25,939 nt of DNA from Oligoflexia bacterium. Its GTDB lineage: Bacteria; Bdellovibrionota; Bdellovibrionia; JABDDW01. The position numbers were made by a program, and so were the translations under genes. Where the stretch lies: contig JAYTHU010000188.1 of assembly GCA_043732305.1 (NCBI GenBank), positions 1 to 25,939 on the forward strand. The letters are read 5' to 3'. Below are positions 9,086 to 17,927 of the stretch, in pieces. The notes under the pieces were generated by a model. It did no database searches. It had not been told where the DNA came from and was given only the letters and a program-made list of their open reading frames with translations. Each line of letters begins with the position of its first letter. The first letter of the stretch is position 1.

Positions 9086-9851
9086 ATTTTCCAAGCTATT
9101 CTCTCCACCCCGGTTAGCAGGTCTTATATGTTGAATTTCGGAATCCCTGCTCTCTGCGAAAAAGTTCTCGAATATCCCAGTCGCAGGACCGTCTCCATGA
9201 CTTGGTTACTTTTCAGCTGCAAAATATTCCAACCTTAAAAGCACGGAATTTAGTCGATCAAAAATCCTCCCGGAAGTTTCGATCTAAAAACTACTGTATT
9301 GATCAGGGGAAAAGAGCCGTTTGAGATTTGGTTTAAATCTGCCATCAACGTTTTGTGGAAATATTATATTTAGTCTATTTTCGAATTTGATACCTCTTTA
9401 AAAGATCCAACATTTTTTGGTGACTTAAATCATCTTTATTAGCATCTGCCGATTCAGGCGGGAATAAAATGAGAAATCTCTACAACAGTCACAGTCCCAA
9501 TGTTTTGGCCGCTGCAGAAAGCGAAAAAGGAGCGGCGCTGAATGCTCAAGAATTGGTGCAACTTTCGATTGTGAATTCTCCCGTCTACACAAGGCCACAT
9601 CCTTTTTAACTTGGACGACGACTTGGTCTGGCGCAGTCATTTCTACAGCACTTTCAGTTCCCTTGGCCGTTATGACTTTTGATCCTGAAGCTGTTCGTCC
9701 GATGCATTTGTTGGAGTGGGTTGGAATTTCCGCCGCCGCTTACACGGCTTCTTATTTAGCCCTCGGCAAAAATCCGTGGAAATATTATTTAAGGAAAATC
9801 GCCGAGCGCAAGGCGAAAAAATCTTGCGCGAACACTCTGGAAGAATTTTGA
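9073..9851 (+). pseudogene. Probable decayed gene; only the 3' part with two hydrophobic segments is still open
   Basis: About 770 nt without a long ORF. The frame of ORF 9663-9851 stays open back to about 9468 without a start codon and reads ...FLTWTTTWSGAVISTALSVPLAVMTF...WVGISAAAYTASYLALG...KKSCANTLEEF*. Protein-like fragments broken by stops lie upstream. Confidence 0.4.
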
Positions 9852-9857
9852 TTGCAC

Positions 9858-11720
9858 CTAGCCGCGGCGAAGATGATAGCGCACACTCGTCACCACCACC
9901 CGTGGTTTGAATGCAAGTGCGGCCCGAATAATCAATGCAGTTTGATTGTGGAGCAAATTCTGCCACCACTTAGCGATGACGAATTCCGGAATGATCACAG
10001 TGATGAGACCTTCAGGATGCCGTACAGATTCTTCATCGACATAATCAAGAAGCGGACGAATCACCGAACGATAAGGTGATGACAAAACCTTCAGCGGCAC
10101 TCCCATCCCATACTTTGCCCATTCAGTATTGATTCGATCAGTGACTCGAGGACTGATGTCGATGTAACAAGCGATGACATCATCACTGATACTGCGCGCA
10201 TAATTGAGAGCTTCCAATACTCCACGATGAATTCCCGAAACGGGAATGATCACGTGATGGACTGCAGGTGGCTTCAATGCGGGAGGTGGACCGTCGATAC
10301 GGAGTTGCGCTCCAACAATTAAATAATGATGCTTGATTCTTAAAAAATTCCAGACAAAGAATGGAATCATCGCGCAAACAATCCAGCCGCCATGCGCAAA
10401 TTTGGTGACCACAATAACAAGTAAAACAATGGTCGTCGCAATACAGCCGAAGAAATTAATGACTGCGCTCATGCGCCATCCACGTTCTTTAAGTTTGATC
10501 CAATGTTTGACCATTCCTGCTTGGCTTAAAGAAAAGCTGAGAAAAACACCAATAGCGTACATTGGAATAAGCAAATGGACTTCCGCGCGGAAGAGCCAAA
10601 TGAGAATCATCGAGATCATTCCGAGACCAACAATGGCGTTACTGAAAACAAGCCTGTCTCCGCGTGATGCAAATTGACGAGGCAAGAATCTATCTTCCGC
10701 AAGGAGTGATGCCACTCGAGGAAAATCGTTGAAGCTCGTGTTAGCGGCAAGAAATAAAATACCAGCGGTAGAAGCTTGAATAAAATAATAGAAGGGCAGA
10801 TTTCCCACCATATGAGCCAACTGGGAAATAATCGTCTCGTCACTTTTAGGAACAATTCCAAAATGATTTGCATAATAAGTCACGCCTACAAAGAGCAGCG
10901 CTAAAATTGATCCCATGAGAACAAGTGTTGTTTTAGCATTTTGTTGTTCAGGGTGCTTGAAAGCAGTGACACCATTACTAATGGCTTCAACACCAGTGAG
11001 CGCCGTGCAACCACTCGCAAAAGCTACCAAGATGACCCAAATTCCAATCCCCTCACCTTTATGAGGGAAAAGTGGAAGATGTGCAGTCATGATTCCACCA
11101 ACATTAGATGCGCCCAAAACTCCGCCCGCAGGAGCAGAAGTACAGAAATATAATCCTGCAAAGAGTGCGAACATTCCAAAGATAAACAGGTAAGTCGGTA
11201 TTGAGAAAATAGCTCCGGATTCTCTGATCCCACGCAAATTAGTCAAAGTCAAAAGCAAGATTGCCGAGTTTGCGATGAGAACCGCGTGCGGTAAAAGTTG
11301 CGGAAATGCCGAAGTTACGGCAGCAGTTCCTGCAGCTACAGAAACAGCCACAGTTAAAATGTAATCAATAATGAGTGACGCTCCGGCAACTAAACCAACG
11401 GTGGTCCCAAGATTTTCTTTGCAAACCGTGTAGGCTCCGCCCCCGTTAGGATAAGCAGAAATCGTTTGTCGATAACTGAAAATCAGAATCCACAAAAGCA
11501 AAACAATCGTGAGTGCAATGGGCGTGGCCCAAGGAATCGCATGAATGGCTGCAGTGGAAGCAACTAAAACAATCAGGATTTCTTCCGTGGCATAGGCCAC
11601 TGATGAGAGAGCATCGGAAGAAAAGACGGCTAGTGCCTTTTTCTTTGAAAGTCGTTCGGAGGCGAGACACTCGGTTGTCAGTGGTTGACCGACAAGTATT
11701 TTTTTAATGTTGAAAGGCAT
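9858..11720 (-). CDS. APC-superfamily permease, KimA/YdaO-like (probable K+ transporter)
   Basis: ERLSKKKALAVFSSDALSSVAYATEE, YPNGGGAY, GCTALTGVEAISNGV, LAANTSFNDFPR, about 12 TM segments and a cytosolic tail with SPYRSVIRPL and WWQNLLHNQTA. Start placed at ATG 11720 (MPFNIKKILVG). Confidence 0.9.
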   Translation of the reverse strand: MPFNIKKILVGQPLTTECLASERLSKKKALAVFSSDALSSVAYATEEILIVLVASTAAIHAIPWATPIALTIVLLLWILIFSYRQTISAYPNGGGAYTVCKENLGTTVGLVAGASLIIDYILTVAVSVAAGTAAVTSAFPQLLPHAVLIANSAILLLTLTNLRGIRESGAIFSIPTYLFIFGMFALFAGLYFCTSAPAGGVLGASNVGGIMTAHLPLFPHKGEGIGIWVILVAFASGCTALTGVEAISNGVTAFKHPEQQNAKTTLVLMGSILALLFVGVTYYANHFGIVPKSDETIISQLAHMVGNLPFYYFIQASTAGILFLAANTSFNDFPRVASLLAEDRFLPRQFASRGDRLVFSNAIVGLGMISMILIWLFRAEVHLLIPMYAIGVFLSFSLSQAGMVKHWIKLKERGWRMSAVINFFGCIATTIVLLVIVVTKFAHGGWIVCAMIPFFVWNFLRIKHHYLIVGAQLRIDGPPPALKPPAVHHVIIPVSGIHRGVLEALNYARSISDDVIACYIDISPRVTDRINTEWAKYGMGVPLKVLSSPYRSVIRPLLDYVDEESVRHPEGLITVIIPEFVIAKWWQNLLHNQTALIIRAALAFKPRVVVTSVRYHLRRG

Positions 11721-11776
11721 GCCACACAATAGTTCCGTTGCATCAGGTTTGCAAGTGGGGCATGCTTAGCATCACT

Positions 11777-12805
11777 ATGAAACTTGTCACTTTTTCAGTT
11801 GCCACACCGTTGGGACGAATCAAAAGATTAGGCGCAGTCACTCCAAACACCATCGTGGACTTATCACATGCTGTGGCGAACTTGTATGCAGAACGCGGGC
11901 TCAGTAAGCCTTACAGTCGAGCACGAGCTCAGGTGCCATCGCAAATGTTACCCTTCATTGAACTCGGAAGCAGCGCATTAAAAGAGGCTCAAGACGCCGT
12001 TGATTTTATCGAAATGCGTTTGAAAAAAAATAGTAAAGGCAACATCAATTCGTTTCCTTTGGGTCGACGTGAAGAAAAATTACTCTTTAGTTTTGATGAA
12101 ATCAGACTTCACGCCCCATTATCCAGACCGCGAAGTCTCCGCGATTTCATGGCTTTTGAAGAACACACCAAAGCAGGATGGGCTAAACGCAATGCTCCGG
12201 TGCCGCAAGAATGGTACGAAATGCCCGTTTATTATAAGGGCAATTGCGACACGATCATCGGCCCAGATGAAATCGTTCCCTGGCCGGTCTACACTCAAAA
12301 ATTAGATTACGAATTAGAATTAGCTGCGGTGATCGGGAAATGTGGAAAAAACATTTCCGAAAAATCCGCACGCGAAAATATTTACGGGTTCATGATCATG
12401 AATGACTTTTCCGCTCGTGATATTCAGGCCAAAGAAATGATTTGCAGATTGGGCCCCGCCAAAGGAAAAGATTTTGCGACAGCTGTTGGACCATGGTTAG
12501 TCACCCAAGATGAGATTGGCGATTACGAAAAATTAGAAATGGTCGCTCGTGTGAATGGCAAAGAATGGTCACGCGGAAATTCCGGATCACGTTATTGGAG
12601 CTTCGCAAAAATGATCTCTCATGTTTCGATTGATGAAACACTTTATCCCGGAGATGTTTTTGGTTCAGGGACAGTGGGCGGCGGTTGCGGTTTAGAATTA
12701 GACAAATGGATTCAACCTGGCGATGTGGTTGAATTAGAAATCTCAAAACTTGGAATTTTGAAAAATACCGTTGGAGCAAAGCCAGCGAGAGGGAGCGGCA
12801 GGTAA
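11777..12805 (+). CDS. Fumarylacetoacetate hydrolase family protein (probable fumarylacetoacetase)
   Basis: RDFMAFEEH, PVYYKGN, LDYELELAAVIGK, NDFSARDIQ, KGKDFAT and GSGTVGGGC motifs. TAATG overlap with hmgA. Start placed at ATG 11777 (MKLVTF). Confidence 0.92.
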   Translation: MKLVTFSVATPLGRIKRLGAVTPNTIVDLSHAVANLYAERGLSKPYSRARAQVPSQMLPFIELGSSALKEAQDAVDFIEMRLKKNSKGNINSFPLGRREEKLLFSFDEIRLHAPLSRPRSLRDFMAFEEHTKAGWAKRNAPVPQEWYEMPVYYKGNCDTIIGPDEIVPWPVYTQKLDYELELAAVIGKCGKNISEKSARENIYGFMIMNDFSARDIQAKEMICRLGPAKGKDFATAVGPWLVTQDEIGDYEKLEMVARVNGKEWSRGNSGSRYWSFAKMISHVSIDETLYPGDVFGSGTVGGGCGLELDKWIQPGDVVELEISKLGILKNTVGAKPARGSGR

Positions 12806-13887
12806 TGTTTCATTTAGAAAAAGGTAAGTTTTCTCGTCAAGCTCATGTGGCTATACCTGAAGGCACTTATGAAGATGAACATGGGCGCAAAGGTTTCTAT
12901 GGGAGAGCCAGTCATCTTTATCACACGCATCCGCCCACCAATTGGACCAAAATCGAAGGCCCGTGCAAACCACAATGCTTCAATGCTCTTGAAGTACGCC
13001 CGCAAATAGATCGATGGCAACCCACCTACTTATTAGAAAATGCTGATGTTAAAATTGGATTCATGCAGCCTGAAGGGGAAATGCCATACTTTTTCCGCAA
13101 TGGTGATGGGGATCTCATTTATTTTATTCATGAAGGATCTGGGACATTAGATTCCGATTTTGGTGTGCTGAAATATAAAAGAGGCGACTACGTTGTTATA
13201 CCCAAAGGGACAACATTCAAACTCACGGCTGATGGCGCAAACAAAATTTTAGCGATTGAAGCCGCTGGCGAAGTGAATCTTCCAGAAAAAGGACTCCTCG
13301 GACGCCACGCCCTTTTTGATATCGGCATGATGGAAACTCCCGAGCCCGCTCCGCATGATGAAAAAGGTAGTTTTGAAGTGCGAATCAAACGCCAGAACGA
13401 ATTCACTAGAGTCACTTATGATTTTCATCCGCTCGATGTTGTGGGATGGAAGGGTGATTTATGTATCACGAAAGTAAATATCAAAGATTTCAGACCCGTG
13501 GTCAGTCCCCGCTATCATTTAGCACCATCGGTACACTCGACTTTCATTGGCCGCGGATTTGTGGTTTGCAGTTTTGTACCTCGCCCCTTTGAAACAGATC
13601 CAGAAGCTAATCGTGTTCCTTTTTATCATCGAAATATTGATTGCGATGAAGTGATTTTTTATCACGATGGAGATTTCTTCTCTCGAAAAAACATGGGCAT
13701 TGGAATGGTGACATTTCATCCGTTTGGAATTCATCACGGACCACATCCCGGAGCCAAAGAAGGCGCAGCCAAAAAAACGGAAACCACTGAGTACGCGGTG
13801 ATGGTTGATACCTACAAGCCATTAAATCCGACAGAAGCCGCTCGCGGATGCGAGTGGGCCGATTATCATTTGAGTTGGAGAGAGTAA
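12805..13887 (+). CDS. hmgA: Homogentisate 1,2-dioxygenase (short bacterial type)
   Basis: FFRNGDGDLIYFIHEGSG, HPLDVVGWKG, CSFVPRP, PFYHRNIDCDEVIFY (Fe ligands His/Glu), HGPHPG, EYAVMVDT; adjacent to the FAH gene. Confidence 0.93.
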   Translation: MFHLEKGKFSRQAHVAIPEGTYEDEHGRKGFYGRASHLYHTHPPTNWTKIEGPCKPQCFNALEVRPQIDRWQPTYLLENADVKIGFMQPEGEMPYFFRNGDGDLIYFIHEGSGTLDSDFGVLKYKRGDYVVIPKGTTFKLTADGANKILAIEAAGEVNLPEKGLLGRHALFDIGMMETPEPAPHDEKGSFEVRIKRQNEFTRVTYDFHPLDVVGWKGDLCITKVNIKDFRPVVSPRYHLAPSVHSTFIGRGFVVCSFVPRPFETDPEANRVPFYHRNIDCDEVIFYHDGDFFSRKNMGIGMVTFHPFGIHHGPHPGAKEGAAKKTETTEYAVMVDTYKPLNPTEAARGCEWADYHLSWRE

Positions 13888-13892
13888 AACAG

Positions 13893-14519
13893 ATGCATTT
13901 TGATCCCGCGATTTTGTCACATCAAGATGCCTATAAAATCCTCACGGGTTCAGTTTTACCCCGCCCAATCGCATGGGTTTCTACTTTAGATGAAAACGGC
14001 ATAAGCAACCTTGCACCATTCAGTTTTTTCATGGGAGTTTGCTCGCGTCCACTCACGGTGGCTTTTTCTCCTATGCAGAAACCCACTGGTGAAACCAAAG
14101 ACACTGTTCGAAATATTCGTTTGAACAAAGAATTTGTAATAAATGTTGTTCCAGAAATTCTTGCCAAGCGCATGAATCAAACCAGTGCGAATTATGCTCG
14201 CGGTGTGAGTGAATTTGAAAGCGCAGGTTTGACGGAAGCACCAAGCGTGATTGTTAAACCTTCGCGCGTTTTGGAAAGTCCCATCGCTATGGAATGCAAA
14301 CTGCACACGATGGTTGAAATGGGCGAAGGGCCCGGCTCTGGCACTTTGATTGTGGGAGTGGTGGTGCAGTTTCACTGTGACAACGACTTGATTACCTCCG
14401 ATTATCACATCGATCTGAAAAAATTAAAACTTGTGGGTCGATTGAGTGGACCAAACTATGTTCGAACCACCGGGGATATTTTTGAACTACCTAGGCCCAC
14501 TGAGCCAAACAAAAAGTAA
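13893..14519 (+). CDS. Flavin reductase family (flavoredoxin-like, FMN-binding split barrel) protein
   Basis: YKILTGSVLPRPIAWVST, NLAPFSFF, KDTVRNI, EFVINVV, MECKL, VGRLSGPNY. GGAGAG ribosome-binding site before ATG 13893. Confidence 0.9.
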   Translation: MHFDPAILSHQDAYKILTGSVLPRPIAWVSTLDENGISNLAPFSFFMGVCSRPLTVAFSPMQKPTGETKDTVRNIRLNKEFVINVVPEILAKRMNQTSANYARGVSEFESAGLTEAPSVIVKPSRVLESPIAMECKLHTMVEMGEGPGSGTLIVGVVVQFHCDNDLITSDYHIDLKKLKLVGRLSGPNYVRTTGDIFELPRPTEPNKK

Positions 14520-14542
14520 TAGAACTTAAAAGGAAACGTACA

Positions 14543-15334
14543 TTGAAAACTACAATATTTGTTTTTGCACTCATTGAACTCTTTATCCTCCTTTTGGACG
14601 TTTCCCCAGCCGAAGCACGCAAGCATCACAAATTCAAAGGTGTGATCATTGTGAATCAAATTTTGAAACTCAGTGGGACGATCACTAACAACGGCACTGC
14701 TGCTCCCGAATTTTCTGGAGTTAAAGAAGGTGATGTTTTAGAAACCGGCGATAAATCTTCTGCCGTGATCAGAGTTCCAGGCTTAGCTATTTACAGACTT
14801 GGAGAAAAAACCAAAGTCAGACTTACTAAGTTTGCCAACCGCGATCATTCAAAGCTTCAAGTTTTCAATGGTGAAGTTCTCATTCTTTACAAAAGACTCG
14901 GCGATCATGAAATCACTACTCCTCAGAGTTCGATTGTTCCCGAGGGTGCCGCCGCACAAACACTTGGCGTGAGAGTTCGCGCAGCAGATAAGCCAGGCGA
15001 CAGATCCACCGATGAGATTTCACTCTGGGATGGAAAAATTCAAATCAAAAGTTTAAATGCTCCAATGCCCAAAACATCCGTCGCCGACGCAACTCCTGTG
15101 AAAAGCAAAGTTCCTCAGCTGATGGCTGAAAAAATCAGCGATGCCCCCAAGGGAATGAATGTGGCAGTAAACCCAAGTTCTGACTCTGAACCACACGCTA
15201 TCGAATTGATCAGTCAAAGGTCTTTCAAACAAGTTGTGGCGAGTGGGGATGGCTTAGAAGAAAAAAAATCCGGCAAAGATTTGCCGGATCTGAAACTCGT
15301 TGATGATTTGGAATCCCTCTACGGGCTCCCTTAA
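14543..15334 (+). CDS. Exported FecR-domain protein
   Basis: Signal peptide ending AEA; VKEGDVLETGDKSSAVIRV...RLGEKTKVRL...GEV...ITTP pattern typical of FecR beta-domains; TTG start. Confidence 0.7.
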   Translation: MKTTIFVFALIELFILLLDVSPAEARKHHKFKGVIIVNQILKLSGTITNNGTAAPEFSGVKEGDVLETGDKSSAVIRVPGLAIYRLGEKTKVRLTKFANRDHSKLQVFNGEVLILYKRLGDHEITTPQSSIVPEGAAAQTLGVRVRAADKPGDRSTDEISLWDGKIQIKSLNAPMPKTSVADATPVKSKVPQLMAEKISDAPKGMNVAVNPSSDSEPHAIELISQRSFKQVVASGDGLEEKKSGKDLPDLKLVDDLESLYGLP

Positions 15335-16860
15335 TTATCTATTTTAGAACCGCCAGTATGTGGATCAGCATTCACGCTGCGCCCGTGGTTCTTGGGGCTT
15401 TCGACAGCAGACGGTGCTGCCCCCCCTACTCCACACAAATTTGTCGCAGCTCTAAATGATTCACGAAGACTTTTAAAACTTTCGTAATTGTGCTGAAAAT
15501 CTTTGGCCACATATTCATAATCGTTAACACGACTACGATCTTGTTTCTTTTCTCGACCAGCTTGCTCTTTGGATTTTTTCAAATCAAATGTCGTGCAAGA
15601 ACTAGATTCAGATTCTTGAAGGTTCGCATCTAAAATGTCGTAGAGAGCCTTATTTGCTTCTAAAAGAGCCTTGGATGTTCGGGCGAGTTTTGAATTAGCC
15701 TCTTCAAGAGATTTGGAAGTAGCGACATTTTCATCCGTTAAGCACTTGGCTTTTGCGGCTGTTACAGATCGGTTGGCAGTAGCATTTGCTTGTCTAGCGG
15801 TCACTTGTTTTTCTCTCAACTTAGCAACATTAGACATCACACTTGCGTACTGTCTGTAGCAAGAATCAACAGTGCAGTTAGGTTTTGCTTTACAAAATTT
15901 TGCATAAGCGCAACTTTTGGAGGCATTGCTGTTGATTGTCTTGCATGCCAAATTTGCCATGTCTTCAGTCAATTTATCCACGTCGGGAGGAAGGCAACCT
16001 TCAACCTCAGCAAATTTTTTCACCAAAGTTTCTTTGGTCATCTGCGCGGGAACGGGAGTGCCAACATCATCTGCCACGCTTGGTGCGATTGGGGCTCTAA
16101 ATATTTGTGGAACGGGAGTCAAACCATCCATCTGGAAAGAAGCTTCCGTTTCAATGTCCGTGCGGGTAGACCACTCAAGATAACCTTTGCCGTTGGGATC
16201 TTTATCATCTTTGAGAACACCTACTTTTTGAATATTGATGCGCGCCACAGGCTTTCCATCGTCGCTTTTTTCAATCGTCAAAAAATAATGATTTCCGAAC
16301 ACTGGATCATAAAGAATATGCTCAGCATAGTTTCTAACGTAACCTTTGGCTGGAACGGGAAGGTTCACCATGGCCCCATCAGGAATGTTAAACATTTTCT
16401 CCTGTGGGAGTCTTCCTTTATACAAATTCATCCTTTTCTTGAAACCGTTGTCTTTAGGAATGAGTTCTAAGTCCGAAGGTGACGGCTGATTCTTGGAAGA
16501 GCAGCGGTAACTTGGATTTTTCACGCGATACACATTTGTTTCATAGTGAAAGCCGTTCAGGGTTTCATCTTTAACGAGAGTTGGATTATCTAAAGCGAAA
16601 CATGTGCTGGAATTTTCTCCGCCAGTGCAATTCCGTTCCCCGTTCGCGTCTGGCGCACAGTTCACAGAAGCTTCATATGTAGCATAGTGTTTTATTTGAG
16701 GAGGAGCGGTGCGGGAGATGGCTACTGCTTCTCCGAAAGAGTCGGGAACCTCGGCCGGGTCACCGTTTGGGAAACCATCAGCAAAAAGTGGCAGAGCCAC
16801 CAGTAAACTGAGCGTCAATAAGGCCCGAGGGACCAACTTGTGATTTCGAAAATGCAACAT
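15331..16860 (-). CDS. Hypothetical secreted cysteine-rich protein
   Basis: 509-aa ORF with a strong AGGAGGAG ribosome-binding site, signal-like N-terminus (ALLTLSLLVALPLFA), 13 Cys and a helical C-terminal half. Its stop shares TTAA 15331-15334 with the convergent FecR gene. Confidence 0.8.
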   Translation of the reverse strand: MLHFRNHKLVPRALLTLSLLVALPLFADGFPNGDPAEVPDSFGEAVAISRTAPPQIKHYATYEASVNCAPDANGERNCTGGENSSTCFALDNPTLVKDETLNGFHYETNVYRVKNPSYRCSSKNQPSPSDLELIPKDNGFKKRMNLYKGRLPQEKMFNIPDGAMVNLPVPAKGYVRNYAEHILYDPVFGNHYFLTIEKSDDGKPVARINIQKVGVLKDDKDPNGKGYLEWSTRTDIETEASFQMDGLTPVPQIFRAPIAPSVADDVGTPVPAQMTKETLVKKFAEVEGCLPPDVDKLTEDMANLACKTINSNASKSCAYAKFCKAKPNCTVDSCYRQYASVMSNVAKLREKQVTARQANATANRSVTAAKAKCLTDENVATSKSLEEANSKLARTSKALLEANKALYDILDANLQESESSSCTTFDLKKSKEQAGREKKQDRSRVNDYEYVAKDFQHNYESFKSLRESFRAATNLCGVGGAAPSAVESPKNHGRSVNADPHTGGSKIDN

Positions 16861-16940
16861 TCTAACTCCTCCTTGAGTAGCCGTTTCCCGAGCTAAGTCA
16901 GCTCAAACGGTTATAAATATCATAACATGTCACTCTCACA

Positions 16941-16970
16941 TTGACTCGGATTTTTTTGCCGTGCTAGGGT
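16941..16970 (+). promoter_or_regulatory. Putative sigma70 promoter of the BMC operon
   Basis: TTGACT (16941-16946), 18-nt spacer, TGn-TAGGGT (16962-16970); ATG follows at 16977. Confidence 0.45.
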
Positions 16971-16976
16971 CGGCCA

Positions 16977-17597
16977 ATGAGCAAAGTCATTCTTAAAACT
17001 TTTTCGTTTATCGACTCACTGCAGCCGCAACTCGCGACTTATGTCGGGACTACGGCTCGCGGGTTTTTACCAATTCCCGGCGATGCCGCATTGTATGTGG
17101 AGATCGCGCCCGGAATAGCCATCAACACGGTGACTGACGTCGCACTGAAGTCGACCAAAGTCCGACCAGCCATGCAAATCGTTGAGCGAGCCTTTGGTCT
17201 CTTAGAAGTTCATCACAGTGATCAAGGTGAAGTTCGTCAAGCTGGCCAAGCCATTCTCGACACTCTTGGACTTAAAGAAGAGCAAAGACAGAAACCAAAG
17301 ATTGTTTCTAACCAAGTTATCAGACACGTGGAACCAGATCACGCCATCATCGTGAATAGCAATCGATGGGGAAATATGCTTCTTCCCGGTCAATCGCTTT
17401 TCATTTTGGAAACAGAACCTGCGGGTTACATCACGTATGCGGCAAACGAAGCAGAAAAAGCCGCGAACATTAGTCTCGTGGAAGTTCGACCTTTCGGCGC
17501 CTTCGGCAGACTTTGGATGTCGGGCTCTGAAAGCGAAATCGATTCCGCTCGAGAAGCAGCTATCAAGGCATTAGAAAATATCACAGGAATTGGCTAA
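16977..17597 (+). CDS. BMC-T shell protein, double-stacking permuted type (BMC-Tdp; CsoS1D/CcmP/HO BMC-T2-like)
   Basis: [57 protein letters not shown] and GAFGRL motifs. Confidence 0.93.
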   Translation: MSKVILKTFSFIDSLQPQLATYVGTTARGFLPIPGDAALYVEIAPGIAINTVTDVALKSTKVRPAMQIVERAFGLLEVHHSDQGEVRQAGQAILDTLGLKEEQRQKPKIVSNQVIRHVEPDHAIIVNSNRWGNMLLPGQSLFILETEPAGYITYAANEAEKAANISLVEVRPFGAFGRLWMSGSESEIDSAREAAIKALENITGIG

Positions 17598-17624
17598 GAA
17601 CATCTCGCTAAGGAGAAATATAAA

Positions 17625-17927
17625 ATGGATATGTCATCAGACGCTTTAGGCATGATCGAGACCAAAGGTTTTGTTGGAATGGTCGAAGCCTGCGACGCTA
17701 TGGTTAAAGCGGCAAAAGTAGAACTCGTTGGATACGAAAAAATTGGTGGCGGATTTGTTACAGCCATTGTTCGTGGTGATGTCGCTGCCGTGAAAGCAGC
17801 TGTCGAAGCAGGATCCAAAGCTGCAGAAAAAGTTGGCGAACTCGTCAGCGTGCATGTGATTCCCCGCCCCCATGGCAACATTGACCAAGTTTTGCCCCTT
17901 GGCCGGATTAAACGTAATACAAAATAA
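17625..17927 (+). CDS. BMC-H hexameric shell protein (EutM/PduA/CcmK family)
   Basis: [55 protein letters not shown] ribosome-binding site at 17610-17615. Confidence 0.97.
   Translation: MDMSSDALGMIETKGFVGMVEACDAMVKAAKVELVGYEKIGGGFVTAIVRGDVAAVKAAVEAGSKAAEKVGELVSVHVIPRPHGNIDQVLPLGRIKRNTK

Noticed and set aside
5855..9090. Junction repeats as CRISPR repeats or integron attC sites
   Set aside because: They are degenerate, about 1.1 kb apart, lie inside coding sequence and lack palindromic attC structure. No cas or integrase gene is present.
15790..16470. 226-aa plus-strand ORF and the other short ORFs nested in or antisense to larger genes
   Set aside because: They lie within better-supported CDSs and show no recognisable motifs; treated as shadow ORFs.
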